This document shows positions 1 through 8,658 of a stretch of 32,000 nucleotides of DNA, piece by piece. Both the position numbers and the translations under genes were made by a program. A model generated the notes under the pieces. It did no database searches, was not told the origin of the DNA, and saw only the letters and a program-made list of their open reading frames with translations. The first letter of the stretch is position 1, and each line of letters opens with the position of its first letter. The stretch comes from Hyperthermus butylicus DSM 5456 (lineage in GTDB: Archaea; Thermoproteota; Thermoprotei_A; Sulfolobales; Pyrodictiaceae). Location of the stretch: the NCBI RefSeq assembly GCF_000015145.1, contig NC_008818.1, positions 1,590,001 through 1,622,000 on the forward strand, written 5' to 3'.

Positions 1-96
1 GGATTCAGCCACGCATACCCGTATCTACCTATCGGAGGCCTCAGAGCCCGTTAGAGTGGAGCCTTAATTACCCGGTGCTGTAAAGGCTCCGGGTGC

Positions 97-717
97 GTGG
101 GGGGCTGTATGGCTGCTACAGAGCAAAGCGAGGTTAAGGTTGGCATAGACCCCGCCGAGATAAAGCTCTTCGGAAAGTGGAGCTTTGAGGGCGTAGAGAT
201 TAGAGACCCCAGCCTTAAGAGGTACATAAGCCTCAAGCCTGTCTGGCTCCCCCACACGGGTGGCCGACACGAGCACCGCCGCTTTGGCAAGGCCGAGGTA
301 CCCATTGTTGAGAGGCTAATAAACAAGCTGATGAGACCCGGCAGGAATATGGGTAAGAAGCATCTAGCATACAATATAGTCAAGCAGGCCTTCGAGATCA
401 TATACCTGCGGACAGGCGAGAACCCAATCCAGGTACTGGTACGCGCTATAGAAAATGCCGCACCACGCGAAGACGTTACAAGGATCATGTATGGTGGTAT
501 AACCTACTTCGTCGCTGTAGACGTGTCGCCACAGCACCGAGTTGATGTCGCCCTCAAACACCTCACAGAAGGAGCTAGGATGTGCGCCTTCAACAATCCA
601 AAATCTATAGAGGAGTGCCTAGCTGAGGAGATAATAGCTGCAGCCCAGGGCGACACAAAGAGCTACGCTATAAGGAAGAAGGAGGAAATCGAGCGTATCG
701 CTCTCAGCTCAAGATAG
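97..717 (+). CDS. rps7: 30S ribosomal protein S7 (uS7)
   Basis: 206-aa [28 protein letters not shown]...[34 protein letters not shown]...[10 protein letters not shown]...[11 protein letters not shown] is archaeal/eukaryotic-type S7. It lies directly upstream of EF-1alpha, as in archaeal str-type clusters. The true start may be the ATG at 109 (MAATEQ). Confidence 0.93.
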   Translation: MGGCMAATEQSEVKVGIDPAEIKLFGKWSFEGVEIRDPSLKRYISLKPVWLPHTGGRHEHRRFGKAEVPIVERLINKLMRPGRNMGKKHLAYNIVKQAFEIIYLRTGENPIQVLVRAIENAAPREDVTRIMYGGITYFVAVDVSPQHRVDVALKHLTEGARMCAFNNPKSIEECLAEEIIAAAQGDTKSYAIRKKEEIERIALSSR

Positions 718-783
718 CCCCTTTTATGGCTGCTACCCCATTATTTCTTGGCTGTCTTACTGGCTCGGAGCTACACTTATCCT

Positions 784-796
784 AAATATTTATAAG
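784..796 (+). promoter_or_regulatory. TATA/BRE-like box upstream of EF-1alpha
   Basis: AT-rich AAATATTTATAAG in the spacer between uS7 and EF-1alpha, roughly 55-70 nt before the ATG at 853. Assigned by eye only. Confidence 0.35.
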
Positions 797-852
797 ACTC
801 TCTTCACCTATGTCAGCCTTCCGGCGTGGAGTGAAGGTAGCGGGTGCGGATT

Positions 853-2175
853 ATGAGCCAGCAGAAGCCACACATAAACCTGGTAGTCATAGGTCACGTA
901 GACCACGGTAAGAGCACGCTGGTAGGCCACCTACTATACCGACTAGGCTTCGTCGATGAGAAGACGATAAAGATGCTAGAGGAAGAGGCTAAGAAGAAGG
1001 GTAAGGAGTCCTTCAAGTACGCATGGCTTCTAGACAGGCTAAAGGAGGAGAGAGAGCGCGGCGTAACCATTGACCTAACCTTCGTAAAGTTCGAGACAAA
1101 GAAGTACTACTTCACTATCATCGACGCGCCAGGTCACAGAGACTTCGTAAAGAACATGATCACCGGTGCCAGCCAGGCCGACGCTGCCATACTAGTAGTA
1201 TCGGCGAGGAGGGGTGAGTTCGAGGCCGGTATGAGCGCAGAGGGTCAGACACGTGAGCACCTAATTCTAGCAAAGACTATGGGTATTGACCAGCTAATCG
1301 TTGCTGTAAACAAGATGGATGCAACCGAGCCTCCATACAGCAAGCAGAGGTACGAGCAGATCGTAGCATTCCTCAAGAAGTTCATGAAGAGCCTAGGCTA
1401 CAAGGTAGACCAGATACCATTCATACCAGTATCTGCATGGACTGGCGAGAACCTAATCGAGCGGAGCCCCAACATGCCATGGTACAATGGTCCAACCCTA
1501 GTAGAGGCCCTTGACACCTACATACAGCCACCAAAGAAGCCTGTAGACAAGCCGCTAAGGATACCAATACAGAACGTCTACTCGATCCCAGGCGTTGGCA
1601 CTGTACCAGTAGGCAGAGTAGAGACTGGCGTGCTAAAGGTAGGTGACAAGGTCGTCTTCATGCCACCGGGTGTGGTCGGCGAGGTTAGGAGCATCGAGAT
1701 GCACCACCAGCCATTACAGCAGGCCGAGCCCGGCGACAACATCGGCTTCAACGTACGTGGCATATCCAAGAAGGACATTAGGCGTGGCGACGTAGCTGGC
1801 CACGTAGACAAGCCACCAACAGTTGCTGAGGAGTTTACAGCAAGGATCTTCGTCATCTGGCACCCAAGCGCCATCACCGTCGGCTACACACCAGTAATAC
1901 ACGCACACACCGCCAGCATTGCCGCCAGGATAACTGAGATACAGGCTAAGCTAGACCCGAGAACCGGCCAGGTAATTGAGAAGAACCCACAGTTCCTAAA
2001 GGCCGGCGATGCCGCCATCGTGAAGTTCAAGCCAATTAAGCCAATGGTAATCGAGAAGTACAGCGAGTTCCCACAGCTAGGCAGGTTCGCAATGAGAGAC
2101 ATGGGTAAGACCATCGGCATCGGCATCGTCGTAGACGTCAAGCCTGCCAAGGTTGAGATAAGGGCTAAGAAGTAA
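853..2175 (+). CDS. tuf: Translation elongation factor 1-alpha (aEF-1alpha / EF-Tu family GTPase)
   Basis: GTPase motifs [17 protein letters not shown] and NKMD, plus full-length EF-1alpha-like sequence to the C-terminus. The track ORF starts at a GTG at 844; the ATG at 853 ([10 protein letters not shown]) is the more likely start. Confidence 0.97.
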   Translation: MSQQKPHINLVVIGHVDHGKSTLVGHLLYRLGFVDEKTIKMLEEEAKKKGKESFKYAWLLDRLKEERERGVTIDLTFVKFETKKYYFTIIDAPGHRDFVKNMITGASQADAAILVVSARRGEFEAGMSAEGQTREHLILAKTMGIDQLIVAVNKMDATEPPYSKQRYEQIVAFLKKFMKSLGYKVDQIPFIPVSAWTGENLIERSPNMPWYNGPTLVEALDTYIQPPKKPVDKPLRIPIQNVYSIPGVGTVPVGRVETGVLKVGDKVVFMPPGVVGEVRSIEMHHQPLQQAEPGDNIGFNVRGISKKDIRRGDVAGHVDKPPTVAEEFTARIFVIWHPSAITVGYTPVIHAHTASIAARITEIQAKLDPRTGQVIEKNPQFLKAGDAAIVKFKPIKPMVIEKYSEFPQLGRFAMRDMGKTIGIGIVVDVKPAKVEIRAKK

Positions 2176-2323
2176 GCCCAAATAATCTCTTTTACTGTTT
2201 CCAGCTACCGCGTTTTTAGCAGTGCGAAACACTCACGTCCGGTTCCGATAACCCTATTATCACCTCCATACATCAATCTTCCTCTCTACTACCTGTTCCA
2301 ACCAAGGCTTCTCCATGTTAAGA

Positions 2324-2332
2324 GCTTTAAAC
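2324..2332 (+). promoter_or_regulatory. TATA-like box upstream of uS10
   Basis: GCTTTAAAC about 40-50 nt upstream of the ATG at 2374. By eye only. Confidence 0.3.
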
Positions 2333-2373
2333 CCGGTAGCGAAGCCAGTAGGGTGCTCGGGGGCGTAAGCCGC

Positions 2374-2682
2374 ATGGTACAGAAGGCCGAGATCAAGCTT
2401 TGGAGTACTAATGTTGAGAGCCTCAACCAAGTTGTAGAGCAGATAAAGGCTATTGCCAAGAAAACAGGCGTCCGGATGCGCGGCCCGATACCCCTCCCAA
2501 CGCGGAGACTCATAGTGCCAACACTAAAGCTGCCGCATGGTGAGGGTTCAAAGAAGTGGGACAAGTGGGAGCTACGCATCCATAAGAGGCTAGTGATTCT
2601 CGACGCAGACGAGAGAGTCATTAGGCAAATTATGAGGGTTAGGGTTCCCGAGGACGTCTATATCGAGATAAGACTGCGGTAG
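2374..2682 (+). CDS. rps10: 30S ribosomal protein S10 (uS10)
   Basis: [46 protein letters not shown]...[36 protein letters not shown] is S10-like, in the canonical position after EF-1alpha. The track ORF begins at 2353; I prefer the ATG at 2374. Confidence 0.93.
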   Translation: MVQKAEIKLWSTNVESLNQVVEQIKAIAKKTGVRMRGPIPLPTRRLIVPTLKLPHGEGSKKWDKWELRIHKRLVILDADERVIRQIMRVRVPEDVYIEIRLR

Positions 2683-3235
2683 TAGCCTACAACATGTTTT
2701 AGCCAGGCAACAACCTCTCCTAGACCCAGACCGTACTTCCCAGTTTCTAGCTGTAAACCTGTAGTCCGAGAGCTTTGTTAACCAAAAACACTGTTTCGGC
2801 ACAACAATATACCGCCATGAAGGCCCGTGGGACAACTCGACCGAAGCCTCTAGAGAACTTAACATCTACAAGGCTTGCTAGAATCAGCGTTAGATGCCAA
2901 GGTACAGCACACAGAGACTTAAACCCCGTAGGCTGCACATCCTTCCACAATAACCATACCGCAATACACCGCTCGAGACATCACACCAGAAGTATAGCCT
3001 GGCCTAAGCCCAGGCATAGCAGACTGAGACTCCAGGAACGCGCTACGAGGCTGCAGGAACGCTCCTATTCTTGTAACTGCTTAGCAAGGTTATGGTATAA
3101 ATAGACACTACCATCAACAATAACTAGAGAACCCCTGGAGCAAAAGCCTGGACCCTATAGACTTCGACATACCGCAGAGCAAAACTCTAACCCCCACACA
3201 CCGTGGTAGAGAACACTAACCCGGCAGCCCTGGGC

Positions 3236-3323
3236 GCCGGGGTGCCCGAGCGGTCCAAGGGGCCGGCCTGGAGAGCCGGTGGCCGACAAGGCCGCGCGGG
3301 TTCAAATCCCGCCCCCGGCGCCA
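3236..3323 (+). tRNA. tRNA-Ser (anticodon GGA), type II with long variable arm, encoded CCA
   Basis: Manually folded. Acceptor GCCGGGG/CCCCGGC, anticodon arm CCGGC-CTGGAGA-GCCGG, variable arm TGGCCGACAAGGCCG..., T arm GCGGG-TTCAAAT-CCCGC, discriminator G at 3320, CCA at 3321-3323. Confidence 0.9.
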
Positions 3324-3573
3324 TACTACTCCTCTTCACACATCCTCAGCACAGCTTCTGTACTGCACAGTACCGCTCCATAGTCTGACTGGCTTTTCCG
3401 CCTCCCCTATGCTAGTGGGTACAATACAAGCTTAAGTAGAGATGCTTGGAAGCAGCAGGTCCTGGATAGGCCTGGGTACCCCGCAGCTCCAACTACATGC
3501 CTGCCGCAGCTTCTTGATGGTTTTCAAGTCTAGTTCTAGGCGTATACGCCAAACCTTCATTTTAACCTGCGCT

Positions 3574-3585
3574 AAAGATAAATAC
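3574..3585 (+). promoter_or_regulatory. TATA-like box upstream of the ParB-like ORF
   Basis: AAAGATAAATAC lies about 35-45 nt upstream of the ATG at 3620 in an AT-rich spacer. Confidence 0.35.
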
Positions 3586-3619
3586 GTACATTATTTTCAC
3601 TATTAACGCAGGGAAAGTT

Positions 3620-4048
3620 ATGACTCACTCAGGGCTGACGGGTAGGCAGAGGCTAGAATACTACGAGCTTAAACTCGTAGAGATCTCGAGGCTTAAGCCT
3701 CACGAGAAAGTCGTTGAGAGTCATGTAGAGAGGCTCATAGATGAAATTAGGAGCAGCGGCGTACTAATGCGCCCCATACTGGTTGAAAGGAAGCATTACA
3801 TAATACTGGATGGACATCATAGAGTTGAGGCTCTTAAAAGGCTTGGCGCTAAACTGGTTCCAGCCATACTTCTAGACTATGGGTCGCCGTGCGTAACAGT
3901 AACCTCGTGGCGCCCTTGCATCACCGTTACAAAGGACGATGTTATAAGGGCTGCACTTACTCGCAAGCTTTTTCCTCCAAAGACCAGCCGACACCGCGTC
4001 TGCTTCGAAATCCCCCGCTTGAACATACCATTATATAAGCTTATGTGA
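3620..4048 (+). CDS. ParB/sulfiredoxin-fold domain protein (candidate free-serine kinase, SerK-like)
   Basis: 142-aa ORF with LVEISRLKPHEKV...RPILVERKHYIILDGHHRVEALKRLGAKLVPAILL, i.e. ParB N-terminal/Srx-type core with a DGHHR motif. It sits 16 nt upstream of a cysteine-synthase-family gene. The functional call is inference from context. Confidence 0.6.
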   Translation: MTHSGLTGRQRLEYYELKLVEISRLKPHEKVVESHVERLIDEIRSSGVLMRPILVERKHYIILDGHHRVEALKRLGAKLVPAILLDYGSPCVTVTSWRPCITVTKDDVIRAALTRKLFPPKTSRHRVCFEIPRLNIPLYKLM

Positions 4049-4064
4049 AATATCTCGTTAGGGG

Positions 4065-5285
4065 GTGGTCGTAATAGGGTATAAGATCGTTGATATAAAG
4101 TCGATAACACCTCTTAAACCTGTTGAGCTTCAGGACGTTCTAGACACTATTACTGCCTTACTTTCAGCAGGAAATGTTTACAGAACTATTGCCGTCGATG
4201 CAAGCTATAGAGTTGCCGAAGAAGATTCCAACATGCTCTACTGGGCGCTCAACTACATTGGGGTGAAACGCGTACCCATATCGTATAGCACACCTATCAA
4301 CATCACCATCAGCCTTGAGGAGCTAGGATTCTATGACGACATAAACCCCGAGCCATTACGCGTGTTTAAGAGCAGCCTAGAACTCCTCTACCGTAACTGG
4401 CCGACGCCGCTTGTTAGGCTAGAGAGCCTCTCAACGGACGGATATCGAGTATGGGCTAAGCTCGAGTGGTATAACCCGTACAGTATGAGCGTGAAAGATA
4501 GAATCGGCTGGTACATGATTGTACGCGCCCTTGAAACTGGCTGGAGAGGCAGAGAAGTCTACGAAACCACGTCAACCAATACGGGTATGGCGCTCGCCGC
4601 AATGGGCGCTATTCATGGATTCAGGGTTAAGCTGTGGATACCAAAGACTATACAGAAGGCTAGCGATGTTCTCCTTAAAGCGCTTGGAGCCGAAGTTATT
4701 AGAACCGATAAACAGCTAACGGTAGACCTCATAGAGGATGTTAAGACAGAGGCTAAGCGTAGCAACGCACTACACGTGGACCAGTTCAATAATGATGCCA
4801 ACTTCCTCGTGCATTTGAAGTACACAGCTAAAGAGCTTGAGCTACAACTAAAGCATGCAGGAGTAAAACCGAAAGGCATCATTGGCGGGCTAGGAACCTC
4901 AGGGCATCTCGCAGCGCTCACGCTCTACTTCCGCTCACGCATGAGCGGCATAAGAGTCTATGGCGTACAGCCAGCTAGGGGCGAGGTTATACCTGGTATA
5001 CGCCGTATCGAAACCGGCATGAAATGGGTTCACTGGGCAAAGCCTGACAATATAGTCGAAGTTAAACGTTGCGAAGCTATTGAAGCGCTGCTACGTGTTG
5101 CACGGCGTGATGGTATACTACCTGGCCTAAGTAGTGGTGCCGTAGCTGCAGCCTTCCTAAAACTCTTGGAGAAGGGCGAAATCGAGCCAGGAGACTATAT
5201 CCTGATATTCCCCGATAACGGGTTCAAGTATGTTGAGCAGCTCAGCGAGTACTTTGCCGGAAAAGGCGGAGATTGCAGCTCCTAA
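4065..5285 (+). CDS. Fold-type-II PLP enzyme, cysteine synthase / O-phosphoserine sulfhydrylase-like, with about 100-aa N-terminal extension
   Basis: 406-aa ORF. PTPLVRLESL...VWAKLEWYNPYSMSVKDR (PLP lysine motif), TSTNTGMALA, GGLGTSGH, IPGIRRIETG, PGLSSGAA. The architecture and motifs match my recollection of Aeropyrum pernix O-phosphoserine sulfhydrylase (CysO). Confidence 0.8.
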   Translation: MVVIGYKIVDIKSITPLKPVELQDVLDTITALLSAGNVYRTIAVDASYRVAEEDSNMLYWALNYIGVKRVPISYSTPINITISLEELGFYDDINPEPLRVFKSSLELLYRNWPTPLVRLESLSTDGYRVWAKLEWYNPYSMSVKDRIGWYMIVRALETGWRGREVYETTSTNTGMALAAMGAIHGFRVKLWIPKTIQKASDVLLKALGAEVIRTDKQLTVDLIEDVKTEAKRSNALHVDQFNNDANFLVHLKYTAKELELQLKHAGVKPKGIIGGLGTSGHLAALTLYFRSRMSGIRVYGVQPARGEVIPGIRRIETGMKWVHWAKPDNIVEVKRCEAIEALLRVARRDGILPGLSSGAVAAAFLKLLEKGEIEPGDYILIFPDNGFKYVEQLSEYFAGKGGDCSS

Positions 5286-5930
5286 CATCCTTTTGCTGGT
5301 ATCCATACTCCAGTTCGCCCAAGCCGCGCAAACCTACAGTTTTTAATTCTGTACGATAACCTCAACTAACAGACGATTCGTCTAGAATTTTTGTAAACTC
5401 TGTTTAAATATTCTAGTTAAACTAGTTGTGGTATTGGAAGAGCTAGTTTATAATCTAACCAATGGGGCTGGCCACGGCTTGTTTTAAAGCTTCTATCCCT
5501 AGCTTTACTAGCCTCGTTTAAGGTGCTGGGTTTACCGGCTCCCTTTAAGCCCTGGTTGCAGAGCTGACATATTCCCTTCACGCTGCGTCGTGAATGTTAC
5601 TGTGTTACCGGCTGCTCTGTTACAAGTGCACCGTGACAGTAAATGCCGTCTGCCATTAATCCTATTGTAGCTAGAGCCATGACTGGTTCGGCAGCAACGA
5701 TGCAGGTTAAGTAGAGCCTTGAGAAGCTTAGAGCACTGCCATGACTAGGAAGAAGTACCGTAGCCAGGCTGGCATTACCATTGCAGGCTCAGGAGACCCT
5801 TACAGGGCTATGGGCAAGGCCTTATTGCGGTGCGCGACGAGTCGAGATACTGTCTAGCCGGGGAGGGGATGAGAACTCTTCAAAAACTACGTGAGGTAAG
5901 AAGCATCTCCGAAAGCCTTAGCTGCAAGTT

Positions 5931-6587
5931 TTAGCTCTTACGTTTTAGGGTTATGAACGCTACTAAAGTTACCACCACTACTCCCACAATAGCTCCATAG
6001 AGTAACGCATTGCTAGTAACACCGCCACCTTTACCTACGAAGTTACTGTCTAAAAGCTCCACCATGAAGTAGGTTTTCATACCATCCTGCTCTGCCCTAG
6101 CCTCGGCTTCTAGCAGCCAACCTGTCTCCTTGTCGTAGACTGCCGTAATTGTTCCAAACTCTGGATGTGTTAGCTCAACTTTGCCATCCTCGGGTAGCTT
6201 GGCAGGGTCCACGTAGAAGCCCATGTCCACCATGCTTGGCTCCTTGCTAAACTCTATGTGCTGCTGACTATCAACGTTCATGTTGAGCATCTCAGTAGAA
6301 ATCATTTGCGCGATTGTTTCCGGCTCAACCTTGTAGTCCTCCAGACTCGACAGCGCGGTGAACCCGTTCTCATCCACGGACACTATCTCAACCTTCACCA
6401 TGCCTTCGATTGACATTTTGTCCAAGCCCATGAACATGGTGAGTGCCTCGCCACTAATCTCCATCCTAAACTTGTACTTTGCCCAATTACCCTCCTTAGC
6501 CCAGCTAGGTGTTGCATAGACAGTATTAGATGCTAGTAGAGCCGCCAGGAGAAGAATGAGGACTGTCCTAGCTACGACCCTATACAT
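5931..6587 (-). CDS. Hypothetical secreted / C-terminally membrane-anchored protein
   Basis: ORF with an N-terminal signal-like segment (MYRVVARTVLILLLAALLASNTVYA) and a C-terminal hydrophobic helix followed by LKRKS. No family recognised. I chose the start at the internal ATG 6587; the track ORF extends to 6638. Confidence 0.5.
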   Translation of the reverse strand: MYRVVARTVLILLLAALLASNTVYATPSWAKEGNWAKYKFRMEISGEALTMFMGLDKMSIEGMVKVEIVSVDENGFTALSSLEDYKVEPETIAQMISTEMLNMNVDSQQHIEFSKEPSMVDMGFYVDPAKLPEDGKVELTHPEFGTITAVYDKETGWLLEAEARAEQDGMKTYFMVELLDSNFVGKGGGVTSNALLYGAIVGVVVVTLVAFITLKRKS

Positions 6588-6664
6588 ATCTATGCTACAC
6601 CCTCTGCTAAATCTTACGATAGGGATGCAGCTCGCCACTCCCTTATTTAATTCTTTCCATTCCG

Positions 6665-7657
6665 CTAATCAGAGTATAGCTTCTCGGCAATAGACTCTGC
6701 ATGGGTTAGCAGCTGCACTATATCACCCTTGTAGCCGGCACTACGTAGCGCTAATAGTAGAGCGCCAACAGCAGGATATATCCTCCTCTCCACTGCTTTA
6801 ATGCCATGCCGGCTCAACCTCTCGGTAAACACTCTCCTAAACACCCTACTCCGGAACATTGAGCCCGTATAGTAGGCTTGTACTATGCCAGTCCTCCTAG
6901 CTGCAACTATAGCTGCTTCAGCCAACAGCATAGCTCCCTCTTCAAGTATGTGTATAGCCTCGCTACATCCTTCGTCTGCAAGCTCTACTACGTGCCTAGC
7001 TACTGCAGCAATTCTATCTATCCTCCCGCGGGTCAAGTAGAACCAGTACATTAGTTCATCACTGCTGGTTACCCCGAGCCGCACTGCTAGACCACGGCTG
7101 AGGCAATCCCAGCCACTACGGCCGTCAAGGCTCCGTGCCAGCCTACGCAACGCTACACGTGCAACCCAGAACCCGCTGCCCTCATCGCCTAAGAGCCAGC
7201 CACGATCACCCACTACTACGCGTTCACCACGGGCAGTGTATGCGTATGCTATGCTGCCAGTACCAGCTATAACTACCAGGCCTGGAGCACCTCGGCTAGC
7301 ATGCATCAACGCTATATGTGCGTCATGCTCTACTACGAGGCGGTCTCCAAGCCCGCTAGACTCCTTCACGTAGGATTCTAGCTGTCTCCGGACGATGGCG
7401 CTGTCGAGCCCTGCAAGACCTGCAACCACCACTACAACATCATCTATGCTATATCCTGTACCCCTCAGCGCCGCTTCTATAGCTGCAACGATATTCCTAC
7501 CAGCTTCAACAGCCCCAACGTTTACCGGGTTTGAAGGCCCAGCTAAACCTGCCCAGACACTGCCCGTCTCTAGGCTAGCAACAATAGCCTTTGTAGAGGT
7601 GGCACCACCATCAACCCCAGCTACGAGCAATACACCACTCCCACACACCATGTACAC
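6665..7657 (-). CDS. BadF/BadG/BcrA/BcrD-type ATPase (ASKHA fold; N-acetylglucosamine-kinase-like)
   Basis: N-terminal LLVAGVDGGATSTKAIV phosphate-1 motif, then VIAGTGSIAY and GWLLGDEGSGFW motifs, typical of this sugar-kinase/activase family. Confidence 0.7.
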   Translation of the reverse strand: MYMVCGSGVLLVAGVDGGATSTKAIVASLETGSVWAGLAGPSNPVNVGAVEAGRNIVAAIEAALRGTGYSIDDVVVVVAGLAGLDSAIVRRQLESYVKESSGLGDRLVVEHDAHIALMHASRGAPGLVVIAGTGSIAYAYTARGERVVVGDRGWLLGDEGSGFWVARVALRRLARSLDGRSGWDCLSRGLAVRLGVTSSDELMYWFYLTRGRIDRIAAVARHVVELADEGCSEAIHILEEGAMLLAEAAIVAARRTGIVQAYYTGSMFRSRVFRRVFTERLSRHGIKAVERRIYPAVGALLLALRSAGYKGDIVQLLTHAESIAEKLYSD

Positions 7658-7959
7658 ATAATGCCTAGGGAATTAGCATTACCTCCTACCACAATGGGAA
7701 CATTCCCTATAGAAACAGTTTCATGCTGGGAATTTCTAGGCATAGACTGCAAGGGGATGAGAGAATAATGCAAGACACTACCTCTCCTAGCATCTGATGT
7801 AACGGAGTCCAGGTACAAGAGACACACCAACTTTCATAGCCGAATCCAAGCTCTGCAAGGCCGCATTAAAGCCCCAAATAACATGCACAGCCTCTTTTCC
7901 AGCCGAAAGATTTTCTAGCACGACCCCCTGCTGTTAACCTACAATTAGGTTTCATAGCC

Positions 7960-8442
7960 TTGACTCAGAACCTAGACGATCTAAGACTCCGCCTCAGCAA
8001 GATCAGGGAGAATCTTAGCGAGGTTAAGAAAACGCTTGAAGCCATAGCATTAGACGAGGCTAGCGAAGCGGACGCCTACGCTAACATGGCCAGGGAGGCT
8101 GCCAACCCTGATCTACGCTGGAAGCTATTCATCATAGCCTCGGACAGCATCCTACACCGCGAGATAGCATGGGCGATAATACGCGCTGCCACAGAGATAC
8201 AACTCCTAGCACGAGAACTGGCAGAGTACCAGCCGCAGGAAACACAGGACAGACTAGCAGAGCGGGTAAAAGCACATATCACCATCGAAACCCTCGCAGA
8301 GACAAGCTATGACGACTTGTTGAAACTAGTAGAGCCTGGCACCACGCTATACCGTCTATTCAAACTATTGAAAGAGGAGGAACAGAAACACTCCAGACTA
8401 GCAAGACACTTAGCAGAAAAGCTAGCCAAGTCCACCACTTAG
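7960..8442 (+). CDS. Hypothetical all-helical protein (possibly ferritin-like four-helix bundle)
   Basis: 160-aa ORF with a TTG start. It is heptad-rich and has paired acidic/His patches (SILHREI, KEEEQKHSRL). No confident family assignment. Confidence 0.45.
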   Translation: MTQNLDDLRLRLSKIRENLSEVKKTLEAIALDEASEADAYANMAREAANPDLRWKLFIIASDSILHREIAWAIIRAATEIQLLARELAEYQPQETQDRLAERVKAHITIETLAETSYDDLLKLVEPGTTLYRLFKLLKEEEQKHSRLARHLAEKLAKSTT

Positions 8443-8658
8443 GAACCATTACACCAAACAAGGCAAGGATACAATAGCATTATCTACATTGAGCCGCAAG
8501 TGGTTCCACCAACTAGTCGATTTTTCTTCTAGCTCAGCTTTTCTACAACACTAATCACATAGCATGAATACGTGTTAGAAACATAACTATACAAAAAGTT
8601 TGTGAATTCTCGAGTGAATCATTATGTGAGGGTTCGCAAGCGAATCTGTGCATAAGCG

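Noticed and set aside
51-488. Minus-strand ORFs 51..488, 64..276 and 364..561 overlapping uS7
   Set aside because: They are antisense to a clear ribosomal protein gene, and their sequences are not protein-like.
1578-2150. Minus-strand ORFs (1578..1877, 1714..1908, 1884..2150) inside the EF-1alpha gene
   Set aside because: They are antisense shadow ORFs of a highly conserved, strongly biased gene. Their translations are low-complexity with no family resemblance.
2775-3104. 109-aa + strand ORF in the uS10 to tRNA-Ser spacer
   Set aside because: Its translation (His/Arg/Thr-rich, for example HNNHTAIHRSRHHTRS) looks like a by-product of the A/C-rich strand. No family, no plausible start context. 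The region is kept only as a long-spacer observation.
3203-3388. ORF 3203..3388 (+), plus ORFs 9906..10088 (-), 10032..10223 (+), 29187..29375 (+) and 29209..29508 (-)
   Set aside because: Each runs through or antisense to a well-folded tRNA gene (Ser, Glu, Pro), so these are GC-rich artefact ORFs.
5286-5930. RNase P RNA or SRP RNA in the long convergent spacer (FtsY and an RNase P protein gene are in the window)
   Set aside because: There is no GGAAAGUCC-type P4 element and no helix-8 GNAR/AGCA-type SRP motif on either strand. GC content is not elevated as expected for structured RNAs of hyperthermophiles.
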